A DNA stretch of 63,989 nucleotides, filler included, from Olpidium bornovanus S191 (GCA_017911155.1; 27 parts of 27 records of this genome joined end to end with filler, not necessarily neighbours in it), one strand, 5' to 3'. Counted from the first letter of the whole stretch, positions 1-11,609 are shown. The notes: a model not told the origin generated them from the sequence alone. Numbers and translations: made by a program.

Positions 1-146
1 CATGCTTTCACTGCTTCATCTTTACTTTCGCTTTTTTTGTTGGCCAGTTCATTTGCTCGCAGTTGTATGTCCGGGCTGGCGGGGTAAAATGGACTAATTT
101 TTCACATTTCATCTAATAGGGCAACCAATCAGGGTCAGATTTCACG

Positions 147-947
147 TTGGTGGATGCTGCAAATGGAAAGGTATGTCATCGTTTTAACCCAAGTCGATGC
201 AGTCGGGATGCTGTTTCACCGGATATCCTGTTTCCCGTTCGAGCTGGACGTAACGTTATCTCTTTCCGACTTTCGCGTTTTTACTCTTATTTCAATTCTT
301 TTTATGACTCGACTCAGGAGGTTGTTTCCGGGGTCACGCAAAGCCAGGAAGCGTCGACGACAAACCTCGACGGCTGTCGGCCAGGTTTTCGTTCTCCCCA
401 AGAGCATCTCTCTCCGCAATCGCTGACACCTCCGACTGGGGCCCTGCTTACGGATGTGGACCGCCTCCGTTCTTCGGACGACCCGGCCGACGCAAAAGCT
501 CAATTCGAACTGGCAGAGCGGTGCGCAGCGAGGTCGCTGCCTGGCGGCCGCGACTTCGCCGAAGCCGTCCGGCTGTACGACCGCGCTGCTCGTGCTGGTC
601 ACCCAGCGGCCCGAAACTCGCTGGCCGTGTGCTACGAGCTCGGGTGGGGAGTCGAGAGGGACATAGACAAGGCCATAAAGCTTTACCGGGAAGGAGCGGA
701 GAACGGAGACAAGGCTGCGCAGCGGTGAGGGCAGATTCTCCGTTGCGCATTTGCAGGTGGCTCGCGAGAACACTAACATTTCTACGCGGTATTTGCCTGC
801 CAAATTCCCCCTCCTTTTTGGCTTGACTGAAGGTACCTAGGCGATTGCTATAAAAACGGCAAGGGTGTCAAGCGCGACATGGCCACGGCCATGGAGTGGT
901 ACGCCCAGGCAGGTGACGCGGGGTCTGCCTTCCAGTTCGCTGCCTGA
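147..947 (+). CDS. Sel1-like repeat (SLR) protein, 3' part, multi-exon
   Basis: Repeated Sel1 motifs: AQFELAERC...EAVRLYDRAARAGHPAARNSLAVCYELGWGVERDIDKAIKLYREGAENGDKAAQ. After a GT-AG intron (ends 832) the frame continues YLGDCYKNGKGVKRDMATAMEWYAQAGDAGSAFQFAA to TGA at 945-947. A probable earlier intron lies at 171-317. Confidence 0.85.
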
Positions 948-2486
948 TCCGAGTCGCAACCTGCTTTTTTCCCGTTTCCCGCAATTGCTGCAACTGCGTT
1001 CCCGGCAGCAAACCGTGCGCTTTTCGCGAATCTCGACTCTCGGCGGCCGCCTTCGGCGCTGTCTGCACACCTTCCCCCCGTCAAAACTCTGTACCTCCTT
1101 CTCTTCTGTCCGCATTTGCATCGTAGATCACATGTCTGTTTATCTACATCGCAACCATTCACCGATCGATTTTCTAACAACCGCCGCGGCGCTGGCGGTT
1201 TTTTGGGGGGTTTTTTTTTCCCGCCCTTCTTCGCAATTTTCAGCGGGAGTTTAAGGGGGCCGTTTGGCTTTCTACCGCATGTGAATCGTGCGCGGCCTGT
1301 TTGTTGCCTTCGCGTTCCGCGGCGCATTCCAATCACGATCGGGATCTGCGTTTTTTCATTGCCCTGTGAGAGTGCCGCAAAGGGTGCCAAAGGACCTGGG
1401 GATCGATTTATCAGCGTTTGCGACCCACATCCTCGTTAGTGCAAATAAAAAAAGAAAAAGTCACCCGTTTGGAGACGTGGAGCCTTCGTCGTATTCTGTT
1501 CTTTTTCTCTCTGGGTGACGTGGCGCGCCCTGCGAGCCAATTTTGGCAACGCACATTTAGGCGGGAAGTCTTGGAAAAACCTGCGGTTTTCTCGTCGAGG
1601 CGGGGCGACGGGAATTCATTTCACGTGCCCGGAACAGTATCGGTCTGTACTGTACAAGATATTAATAGCAATTAACATGCGGATACTACTAGATTGCAAC
1701 CGGCGCACAGGGGGGGGTTTTTTTTTTTTTTTTTGCGCAGAACTTTTATCCAGCGGGCGTTGGTGGGGGCGGGGTAAACCCCACAGGACGTGCGATTTAA
1801 TTTTTACCGTTTCTCTAATGATTGCCACATGCCACCATACCCCTCTTTCACCATTTTTTATCCAGCGCCTTATCTGTTGCACATGTCTCGTTTTCGTTTA
1901 TGATCTTTTTAATTAATCCATCGCTTTGCCATCCCCTTCCTACAGTGCCGATCTCCCATTTTATTTCGCGCGCATTTCACTTTTTTTCTTCTGCTGTTTA
2001 CCATAGTGGTAACAAAAGTACAATTTTCGATATTCTCTCCACGTTGGTGCAGGGTAGCCATGCTAACACCGCCGAAGCGAGGCCAGGGGAGCAAATCTCT
2101 CCTACTGGGCTTCAATAGCTGCGATCTGGAAAAATCAAAAAGAAAATTAAAGAAAAATTTCAGATCAGACACCAGATGGATCGAGGATCCTTGCTGGGTT
2201 TAAAGCTAGGATTCGGCTGTTTTGCAACGTTTGCTCGTTGTTTGCTCGTTGACATTACCCTGCCATGCACACGACGACACGAAACCGCATCAATGGGCTT
2301 GGTAAGGGGGACAAGTGCAGCACTCCAGTGGAAGTCCGCGGTCGTCTCTCCGACGAATTACTGGCCTAAACGCCGTGGGGTCTGGGTGGAAATCACACAA
2401 ATACGCAAATCCTCGACAGATCGAGGAAGAGGGGAGAAACGAAATAGAAAAAGTGAAGGGCGTCGGAACTGAACGCCGAAAAGGAT

Positions 2487-3044
2487 TTAGGGAACGCGGG
2501 CCAGAATCGCATCCCAAACAGATTCGACCTTCTTCACCAGCTCGAGAAATCGACGGTCGCCAAGCGCGCGGATGATCAGGGCTTCCAAGTCGAGGGGCGT
2601 GAGGTCGTCGATGCTGCGCGAAAATGGCCCTTGCGTTACCGGAACTACAGCACCGGATGTGGCGTCGTGAAAAGCGGGCAGGGGGATCGCAGTTATTGTC
2701 GGCGGGGTACGAGCGCCAGGCGGAGGCGATGGCAGGCGATTGTCCAACGGAAAGGGTGCGGTCGCACCAGCGCCGGTCGTCCCCGTGGTCGACCGGTGCG
2801 GAGACCACAGTAGGCCTGCGGGTGGTAGTGTGTTGCCGTCTAAAAGACCCCGCAGACTGGGCGTTCCGGAGGGGGGAACTACCTTGGATGGCACCCCATA
2901 TCCGCGTGCCGGTGATGCCTGCATGTGACCGCCAGCAGTCGAACCGACATGCTTCCAGGTCAGATTTGAGAAGCCGGGATCTTCCGCGCCGTGCAATCCT
3001 CGACCTTCTGCAATGGAGTCCGTCTCGACGGCGGAAGCATACAA
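2487..3044 (-). CDS. Hypothetical protein, 3' terminal exon (Pro/Gly-rich, ending in an amphipathic helical segment)
   Basis: ORF ends with protein-like DLTPLDLEALIIRALGDRRFLELVKKVESVWDAILARVP-stop; no family recognised; 5' end cut by spacer. Confidence 0.45.
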   Translation of the reverse strand: MYASAVETDSIAEGRGLHGAEDPGFSNLTWKHVGSTAGGHMQASPARGYGVPSKVVPPSGTPSLRGLLDGNTLPPAGLLWSPHRSTTGTTGAGATAPFPLDNRLPSPPPGARTPPTITAIPLPAFHDATSGAVVPVTQGPFSRSIDDLTPLDLEALIIRALGDRRFLELVKKVESVWDAILARVP

Positions 3045-3068
3045 AGGAGCAGATTGACAGTTGCTGCC

Positions 3069-3168
3069 NNNNNNNNNNNNNNNNNNNNNNNNNNNNNNNN
3101 NNNNNNNNNNNNTTAATTAATTAANNNNNNNNNNNNNNNNNNNNNNNNNNNNNNNNNNNNNNNNNNNN
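3069..3168. other. Artificial contig spacer (44 N + TTAATTAATTAA + 44 N); first of 26
   Basis: Identical 100-nt units start at 3069, 5526, 7288, 8913, 10438, 13129, 14628, 18645, 20116, 24007, 25272, 27202, 29427, 30850, 32357, 36216, 38843, 41318, 46778, 48847, 51684, 53640, 55061, 57124, 61708 and 62873. The 12-mer gives stop codons in all six frames. Confidence 0.99.
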
Positions 3169-3281
3169 CGATCGCCCGCTCCCACCCCCCCTCCCATACA
3201 TTACTTTAAAGTCGGAGCTCCTTTCAATTCCCCCACCCCTCCCCTACCCCCCTTCCCCCCCCCCCCCCTTAAACCCCCCAA

Positions 3282-3289
3282 TCACGTGA
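3282..3289. promoter_or_regulatory. TCACGTGA (Cbf1/bHLH E-box-type) site upstream of the homocysteine methyltransferase gene
   Basis: ATCACGTGAC at 3281-3290, about 90 nt before ATG 3377; matches the RTCACRTG Cbf1 consensus. Confidence 0.45.
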
Positions 3290-3376
3290 CCGTAACCCGG
3301 TCGCACCGAGATCCCTCCCTTTCCAGGGCGACCCGTTTTTCGCAAGAAAAACGAAAAGGGGGAAAAAAATAAAGAA

Positions 3377-4787
3377 ATGTCAAACCCGCGGTCGCTGCTC
3401 CATCCCGCCGCGGGATCGTCCCGCCTGTTTCTAGACGGCGGGTTCTCCACCGAGCTGGAGAGGACCTACCAGTGCCACCTGTCCGCCGGGTCGCTGTGGT
3501 CCGCCGTGCTGCTGAAAGACCCCGGCAGGGGCTGGGACTGCATACGGAACGTGCACCTGGACTTCCTCAGGGCGGGCGCCGACGTCATCGCGACGTCAAG
3601 GTGTGTGAAACGCGGGCTCGGCAGAGAGCGAGAGCAGGAAGGGGACGAGAGAAGGAGGGAGAGCGTGGCAGGGGAGAAAAGAAGGAGATAGGGAGCGAGG
3701 GAGAAAACCCGCCGGAAAAAAAAAGCGCGCGCGCGCGCACAGAGTTGCGACGCCCGGGATTATCCACCGCCTCCCTCCTAGGGGACATCAGGCTCGTTAC
3801 TTCCGGGAATTTCTTACCTTTTTCCAAACTTTCGTTTTCTTCCGCCCCGTTCCACCCTCGGTTTTCTTGCTGCGCTCCAAAAAACTAAAAAGCTACCAAG
3901 CAACGGTGCAGGGCTTTGTAAAGAGCGGGTGCACGGAAGCGGAGGCTGAGGAGCTGCTGTGCCAGAGCGTGCGGCTCGCGTGCGACGCGCGGGACGAATT
4001 CGTCTCGTCGCGGGGGGCTCCTGCTCCGGCTCCGGCTGCCGGCGGCGGACGCCGTCAGCCCCCTTACGTCGCGGTGTCGCTCGGCTCCTACGGGGCCTTC
4101 CTCGCTGACGGCAGCGAGTTCACCGGGCGGTACCCGGCGGAGGCGACGGAGTCGTTCCTGGTCGCGTTTCACAGGGCCCGCCTCGAGGCGTACCGCCGCG
4201 GCGGGGCGCTGGACCGCGCGGACGCGCTCGCGTTCGAGACGGTCCCGTGTGCTCCGGAGGCGCGCGCCGTCGCGAGGCTGATGCGGGAGGAGGCGGCCGC
4301 GGGGCGCGTGATGCCGTTCTGGGTGTCGTTCAGCGCCACAAGCGGGGCCGAGTGCAGTTCCGGCGAGACCGTGTCCGAGTGCTTCGCGCCCTTCGTCGTC
4401 ACCGCGGCCGCCGAAAGCGGAGGCGCCGACGCCGTCGTCCCGGGCCTAGTCGCCCTGGGGTTCAACTGCACGAACCCGACGCTGTTCCCGTCCCTCCTCC
4501 GTGCCGCCGCGGAGTGCCTCCGGGAGAACGGCGCGGCCGGAAAAGTCTCGCTCGCCGCCTACCCGAACCTCGGCGAAGAGTGGGACCCGGTCGCCAAAGC
4601 GTGGAGGAAGGAAACCGGCCTGACGGCGGAGAGCTTCGGCCCCACCGTCGCGGGCTGGGTCGCGGACCTGGAGGCCGCCATGGAAGGCGTGACGGTCGGA
4701 CTGGTGGGCGGCTGCTGCAGGACCACGCCGGAGATGATCGCGAGCCTGAAGGCGTGCTCGAACTCCGTCGACGGCACGGGGCGCTGA
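3377..4787 (+). CDS. Homocysteine S-methyltransferase (MmuM/SAM4/MHT1 family), complete, two exons (3377-3600, 3893-4787)
   Basis: Motifs LDGGFSTELE, LWSAVLL, HLDFLRAGADVIATSSYQA, SLGSYGAFLADGSEFTG, LAFETVP, GFNCT, YPNLGEEWD, VGGCCRTTPE; GT-AG intron 3601-3892 preserves the frame. Confidence 0.95.
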
Positions 4788-5625
4788 AGAAAGAAAAAAA
4801 ATAATCACACAACATAACCTGTGTGAGCACGTGCTCTATGTCCCACTTTCCTCCCAATTCCCCGGGTCCCCACCCCTCCTCTTATTTCCGCATCCCGTCT
4901 GCCTTCTCACGGTAGAAATAAACCACGCAGACACCTCGCTAAAATTTCCCAGCTGAGCATTAGACGCCGATATACATAAAGAGAAGCCTAAATAAAATGA
5001 AATAAAACAATTAAAAAAATTTCTTTTGGGAAAGCCTTTGTCGCGAAACCCGGAACGATTCGACGATCTCGGGATTTCTGTCAACCACTCCTCTCCCCTC
5101 CCCTCCCCCGCTTCGCCCACTCTCACTAAAATAAAACTCTCCGCTCCAGGTCGGTTTTTGTTTTTTCTTATTCTTTTTTCCGTTTTTTTTTTATCTCGGT
5201 GTTTCTTCGGGGCGCAAAAAAAAAAACCAATAAAGTGCAGGCGCGGAGGTGAGGAGACGGGGTCGCGCGCGATAAGAGGGCGCGGGAGAGGAAACTGGGT
5301 GTGTGTGTGTGGGGAGGGGGAAGGAGGCTTACTGTACACAAATAATGAACAAAAAAATATGTACCAATGGGGTGTGAGGGGAAAGGGGGGGGAGGTGGGA
5401 TGGAGAAGAGGTGGGGGGGGAGGGAAGGAAGCTTTTCAACCGCCAAAGGCTTTTCTTTTTTTTCTTTTTGCATGTTTATTTTTTTGCCAGGGTGATTCGC
5501 GACGGAAAACCGCTGAAGAAAAAAANNNNNNNNNNNNNNNNNNNNNNNNNNNNNNNNNNNNNNNNNNNNTTAATTAATTAANNNNNNNNNNNNNNNNNNN
5601 NNNNNNNNNNNNNNNNNNNNNNNNN

Positions 5626-6963
5626 CATGATTTTTACCGTGGTATACCGAACGCTCCATACAGAACCCTTTCTCCCAGCTGAACCTACCAGCTTCCCAGA
5701 ATCAGATCCGGCTTTAGCGGCTGCGGCGAGCGCTGTGAGCTTCTGAAGGATGGCCTCCGCGTCGGTTTTTTTTTCTGCTTTGAAGTCGAATTTGGCTGGC
5801 TTCGTGCCGCCGAATTCTATGTGCACGTGACTCTTGTTCGCGGAGAACGTAAGCACGTCTAACGCCTGCCACTTCTGGACAGGGACCTTGTCTGCGTGGC
5901 TGGCAAAGAAGACGGCCCCGTTCCCCGCACCAAACGACGCCTTCTTCTTTTTTTTTTTCTTGTCCATCTCCTGAATTGGGCCCACAAACCAATAGACCCG
6001 CCGCGGTGCAATTAGTTGTTCGTGTCGCCGCATGTACAAACCAATATGCTCATCAACGCGGATCGTACCATCACTTGCCAGGTCTGGATGGTGTCCGCGA
6101 TGTTACCGTCGGAGTCTTTGGCCCCTGCCGACGCAGAGGCTTGCTGCGCATATTGGCTCAGCGGATCCACGTATTCCGAAGCCATCTAATCCGAAGAAGC
6201 AGAACGTCAGGCAAGATGCGCTTGCGCGCAGCCAATTAAATTTGCCGCTCGCAGCGCCTACGCACGCCTACGACAGCGGCCAGAGCGCTGAGATCCTTCG
6301 AAGCAGAAGCTTGCTGAATATCGTTTGCCACGGCTTGTGAATGCTGGTCATGGACGTTATGCGGTGCGGAGGACCCTGACTATCCGACGCAAAATTTGAG
6401 AAGCCAGGTGGATAAGAATTTCTCGAAAAAGCGCGTCCAAAGTCGCCGGACGAAATTTGAACCTTGAAAGCACGGACTCACAAGCTCAACGTAACTCGAT
6501 GGCACGAGTCCGAACTCGGAACCGTTCCGGCGGACGAGAAGCCAGTCCGGGTCGTCGTCCGCGTAAACTTCAAGATGATCGTCCTCTTTCATAGTAAGTT
6601 CCTCCTCCGTCCTGGCCTCGTAGTCATACACGGCCACGACGGTGGCAAGCGCTTCCATCTGAGGACATCAAATATTTTTTTTTTGCGTCATCGGCCCGGT
6701 GGCATCCGAACTCCCGACGACGTTATAGACTCCCGCCCACCCAGTGCAACCGGAGATACCTCCTCAACGTAGTTGCTGGGGATCAACCCGATCTTTCCGT
6801 CTTCCTGCAAGCCCTGCCCGAACGGAATCTTCTCCTGCGCACTCCACCACTCCGGGTCCGAATTGTCCAATATGTACAAGATGGCATCCTCATCGAAAGA
6901 CAGCTCCTCCTCGGACTGACCGGCATAGTTGTAGAGGGCACGGTAGACCCCATGTATGCGCAT
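5626..6963 (-). CDS. SLA1: Sla1-like actin/endocytosis adaptor, N-terminal part (two SH3 domains plus following PH-like region)
   Basis: SH3-1 YRALYNYAGQSEEELSFDEDAILYILDNSDPEWW...GLIPSNYVE (6688-6963); SH3-2 AVYDYEARTEEELTMKEDD...DDPDWLLV...FGLVPSSYVE (about 6480-6658); then Sla1-type segment EMDKKKKKKKASFGAGNGAVFF...QKW...KSHVHIEF...AEAILQKL. Confidence 0.88.
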
Positions 6964-7190
6964 CGCGTTTGGCTGGCGTCGGGCGTTTTCGCACGTCTGA
7001 GAAGTGCGTGCCGGTTGGTCCCCGGCAAAGTCTTCGCACAGCAGACGTGCGCGGGGAATCCCGCCGCGGGTCAGTTGCCTGCCGCTCCCGTTTTCTTCGT
7101 TCGAATTAGCTCCTCGGGCCCTGCAAGCCGCTCGCCGTCCGTTCCTTGTTGCAGACGCGCGAGCGGCCCGACGCTGGTGCGATCGAGGAT

Positions 7191-7201
7191 GGGGGGGGGG
7201 G

Positions 7202-7278
<77 letters not shown>
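7191..7278. repeat. Poly-G tract (about 88 nt) at contig end
   Basis: Almost uninterrupted G run; similar G/C runs at about 13961-14070, 29085-29130, 29570-29635, 36367-36407 and 44036-44070. Confidence 0.9.
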
Positions 7279-7509
7279 CGCGTCGGCNNNNNNNNNNNNN
7301 NNNNNNNNNNNNNNNNNNNNNNNNNNNNNNNTTAATTAATTAANNNNNNNNNNNNNNNNNNNNNNNNNNNNNNNNNNNNNNNNNNNNCATGGAAACGGCA
7401 AAAACTGAGCAAAAACCCGAAGCCGGAGCTAGGGAGCACACGCAGCGCGATGACCACGCGCGCAGCAACGATAATTTCGCACAGGTCGGGCAGGGGCTAA
7501 CACGGGCAG

Positions 7510-7599
7510 GTGCACTCTGACAGTCATTGGATTGGTGACTTCGTGATGCGAGTCGTATCATTGAACCCGTCAGGCAACTCCATTGGCCAGGCGATTGAG
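7510..7599 (+). CDS. Probable 90-nt internal exon, weak resemblance to Mediator subunit Med20
   Basis: Branch point GCTAAC and CAG acceptor before it, GT after it, phase 0-0; VHSDSHWIGDFVMRVVSLNPSGNSIGQAIE recalls the Med20 GDFxIRVG...GxxxE motif. Family call is weak. Confidence 0.3.
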
Positions 7600-9540
7600 G
7601 TGCTGCAACTGCTGGTGGCGGGCGGCGTCGCATAATGGCGCTAACAGCCTGCGCACAAACGAGGGGCGGCTGTGTCAAAAATTGTCCATAGCACATATAA
7701 TTCAGATGACATCTCACACGCTCCCATATAAGTCCGACACGGACGTCCTCTCAGGGGCCCAGCAGAAGATGTAAACAAGGCCAGCTCTCCTCCTTCCCCC
7801 CCCTCCCCGCCCTCGTCTTTCCCCTGTCTCTTCGCAACTTACTACTATCAACAAAAAAAAAACGACGGGGTCAGAAATTATTACAGGTTTATGAGCCCAA
7901 TCCAGCGCTCCCGTCCAACCCGCCCGCAGTGCCGACCATCCTCTGCTGCGCAGCAAGCAAAAAAAGCGGAGCCCCGCGGTGCTACAGCGTGCGGACACAG
8001 TGCGCAGGGCTTCGCGGGGAGGAAGGTACAGATGAGCAGACGTGACGCGCGTGAAAGCGAGGAAATGTTGCTGCGGTGGGATACGGCGCTAGGGTAGCGG
8101 GCAGCCAACTGGGAAAACGCGGGCGATTGCGAGGAATGAACTGTGTTCGTCTGCCCCGAGAGCGAGACCTGCGGGGGTACGAGGAGTGCGCAGGCGCCGT
8201 GGTGTCGGACGGGATAATTAGGATAAGGTTTAGGATAATCGAAAACAGGCACAAGACTTTGGATTTGGGCACCAGGAGTACCCCTCAGGAGGCCCACAGG
8301 CAAGGATGCTCCGTGGGAGCCTTTTTTTTCGAGTGAAAAACTCTCGTGGGATCCGAGTGCTGAATACCGAATTGGAAGATTTGGAAGTGGCGTGGAGCGC
8401 CAACGACGTTACGGCGGAAGAGTGCGTGACGACGGGACGCACAAGGTACTGCACCTTTTACCGCCGCTGACTGTCGTCGACCGAAGAGATCATGGATCTC
8501 CCGTATCCCCAAGACGACGTGTTCGTCATAGACGGCATCGAAAGGGCAATAGTGTCTGTGGACGTGTTTTTTCCTTCGGCGACCAGCGCCCTGAGACCTG
8601 TAGGGAGTCACAACAAAAAGACATGTCGCTGACATGGCTGACATGGGTAGACTCCATAGTCTTCAACAGGCGAGACCCGGCTTCGTCGCTCCACTAGAGA
8701 ATACCCGAGACCTCTGTGCCGTCGGAGTTGTGAGGACAGCGACACTGCTGACGCCGTACGCATTCTACGACCAACCGCCAAGGCCACTCCTGGCTGGTGC
8801 GATGTCGGTGCGGGCAGTGTGCATGCCAAGGTGCGAGATATCTTCAACGATCGCGCCTGTGAAGTCCTGCTTACCAGTTGTGCGGACGCCCCTGATGCAC
8901 AAAGTCGCCATGNNNNNNNNNNNNNNNNNNNNNNNNNNNNNNNNNNNNNNNNNNNNTTAATTAATTAANNNNNNNNNNNNNNNNNNNNNNNNNNNNNNNN
9001 NNNNNNNNNNNNGCTTTCCCCCCCCCCCCCCTTTTTTTTTTCCTTTTTTTCCCCCCCCCCCCCCCCCCCCCCCCCCTTCTTCGCTCGCGCGCGTCGTCGT
9101 CGTTCGGCAACACTGGGCGCGCCGGGTTCTTTTTTTATTTTCCGCTGATCACCCGGGACCGGGCGGCCGCGGCGAAGCGCGCGCAACACGCGCCGCGGCG
9201 GCGCCGGGCCGGCGGCACGATCTCGCCGTGACGGGCGGAAAAAAAAAGACAAGTGCTCCTGTTCACGCCGGCGTCTTCCCGGCAGGTGGGGGGAAAGCGC
9301 GGGCGCGGACCACCTCCGCAGTCCGGAGAGCGCCCCCCCCCCCCCCCCCCCCCCCCACCCCTCCCCGGGAGAACACGCGTTCCCCAGGAGGGAACGACCC
9401 CGGGGAACGCGTTCCTCGAACACCGGCCGCAACGTAAAGAAAGGGGGGGAAAAAAAAACAAAAAAAGAAAAAGAAAGAGAACCCCCGCACGGCCCTCCCT
9501 CACCCCGCGGAGTTCGCGTTTTTTTGTGACATCGCCGCGC

Positions 9541-9740
9541 GCGAGGAACACGTTGTGGCGCGGAGTGGCGGACATGCCGGCGAGGCCCAGATCGCACGGG
9601 GGCGGGATGGGGGCCCCGCGCGTCAGTCCGAACGGACTTTGCGAGGAACACGTTGTAGCGCGGAGTGGCGGACATGCCGGCGAGGCTTAGATTGCACGAG
9701 GGCGGGATGAGGGCCCCGCGCGTCAGTCCGAACGGACTTT
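9541..9740. repeat. Tandem duplication of a 100-bp unit (94% identity), each copy ending in a small hairpin
   Basis: 9541-9640 vs 9641-9740 differ at 6 positions; AGTCCG-AA-CGGACT hairpin at 9625-9638 and 9725-9738. Confidence 0.95.
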
Positions 9741-10000
9741 GGCCTGCCCACAAGCGGGCGTTTATATACAGCAGCGGCGACGCAGCCGTCCGCGCGCAGC
9801 CTGTACAAATAGTAGTTCTATCTATATATAGGGAGAGCGTGGAGAGGGAGGGCGGGGAAAGAGGGGGCGAAGTGGTGGGGCGCCGCCAGTCGACGCGTCC
9901 CGTCCGCACGTGTGCTGCGCGCATGAGCTCGTCCGGATACGTGCGCGTGCGGAGAGGAGGGGAGGAGGAGAGGAGAGGAGTCCTAGAGGCAGCGCGCTTT

Positions 10001-10334
10001 TCACGCGGCGGCGAAACGCTTCTCGGGAATTTCGGGGGGAAAGCACTCGCGGCTTTTGGCGATCAGGCCGCCGGCCGCTTCCTTTTCGTCGGCCTCGCGC
10101 TCGCGGCGGCTGTAGGCGGCGGCCTGGAAAAAGATGGTGCAGTCGAAAACGACAGTGCCCATGCTGCCGAGGAGGAACGGGAACTTGTCCGACCAGAAGG
10201 CGGCGTCGATTTCCGGAGCGCGCAGGATGATCGAAAGCCCGTACGCCGTGTTTCCCAGGAGCGCGAGGCCGATCATTCTCAAGCTGAGGCCTTTCACGGA
10301 GCGGCGGTTGAAGTTCTCGATAATCTGCGGTATG
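10001..10334 (-). CDS. PQ-loop repeat transporter (Ypq1/PQLC2-like), last exon
   Basis: After a CAG acceptor: IPQIIENFNRRSVKGLSLRMIGLALLGNTAYGLSIIL...FPFLLGSMGTVVFDCTIFFQ, the second PQ-loop and final TM helices. Confidence 0.9.
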
Positions 10335-10639
10335 CTGGTTTCCGCGAAAAAGAGAGCAAAAAAAACAAAAAAAAAGCAAAAAAAAAAACAAAAAACACAA
10401 AAAAAAACACAAAAAACACAAAAAAAAACAAAAAAAANNNNNNNNNNNNNNNNNNNNNNNNNNNNNNNNNNNNNNNNNNNNTTAATTAATTAANNNNNNN
10501 NNNNNNNNNNNNNNNNNNNNNNNNNNNNNNNNNNNNNCATCTGTTTCCCGCCTCGCCTTTCAGCTCCGTGCGGCAACCTTTCCCTTTTTACCTCCGCTTT
10601 CCATTCAAGCCCGCGTCCACGACCCACCTGCTGCCTCGA

Positions 10640-11250
10640 TATGGAAGGTGTACATGTCGCAAAAAAAGAAAATTCGCACGTCGCAAAAAAAGAAAATCGC
10701 ACGTCGCAAAAAAAGAAAATTCGCACGTCGCAAAAAAAAAGGAATTGTCGCCCGTCGCAAGAAAAGAAGATGCGCCCGTCAAAATAAGATGCACCGGTCG
10801 CAAAAAGAAGAAGATTCGCACGTCGCAAAAAAAAAGGAATTGTCGCCCGTCGCAAAAAAAAAGAAGATTTGCCCGTCGCAAAAAAAGGAAGATTCGCACG
10901 TCGCAAAAAAAAAGAAGATTCGCCCATCGCAAAATAAAAGATGCACCCCGTCACAAAAAAGAAGATGCGCCCGTCAAAAGAAGATGCACCCATCTCAAAA
11001 AAATGAAGATTCGCAAGTCGCAAAAAAAAGAAGATTCGCACGTCGCTGAAAAAAAGAAGATCTGGCCGTCGCAAATAAAAGATGCGCCCGTCACACGCCC
11101 GTCAAAAGAAGATGCACCGTCGCAAAAAAAGAAGATTCGCTCGTCGCAAAAAAAAAGAAGATGCACACGTCGCAAAAAAAAGAAGATGCGCACGTCGCGA
11201 AAAAAAAAGAAGAGGCGCCCGTCGCAAAAAAAAAGAAGAAGGCGCGTGCC
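10640..11250. repeat. Degenerate A-tract minisatellite, unit about 22-26 nt (GTCGCAAAAAAAGAAGATTCGCAC and variants)
   Basis: More than 20 head-to-tail variants of GTCGC-A(n)-GAAGAT-(TCGCAC/GCGCCC/GCACC). Confidence 0.92.
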
Positions 11251-11609
11251 ATCAGCGTGAAGCTCAAAGAACATTTTTAGGATGATGTGTGTGACGATAC
11301 TTATCTGAGCGGCTAGAATGTTTACATGTCACCATCTAAACAACAGTTCGAGTCCCAGCTGCTTTTTCGCACTTTTTGCATCGATTTCGGAACCCGGGGC
11401 GGCGGGGGCCCCCCCCCAGCACCCGGGGGGGGGGGGGGGGGGGGGGGGGGTTAGGGGGGAACGTTCTGATTGGCTGAGCTCGATGCCGGACGGACAGACG
11501 GACGTTTTTCACGCCAGACACTGGATTTCACCCTACCGGGCTCACCCAGCACTCGTTCGTCTGCTGCCACTTGCTGCGACCGTGACCCTTCGCACGGGGA
11601 GCGGACATC

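Noticed and set aside
3113-3124. TTAATTAATTAA as a piggyBac target site or biological repeat
   Set aside because: Always centred in an identical N-padded 100-nt unit; it is a six-frame stop linker.
7881-8912. ORFs in the 3' part of the 7388-8912 contig
   Set aside because: Some frames look protein-like but no consistent strand, splice model or family could be established.
10568-11260. Protamine-like K/R-rich 230-aa ORF
   Set aside because: Several frames on both strands are open simply because the A-tract repeat lacks stops; no evidence of a real gene.
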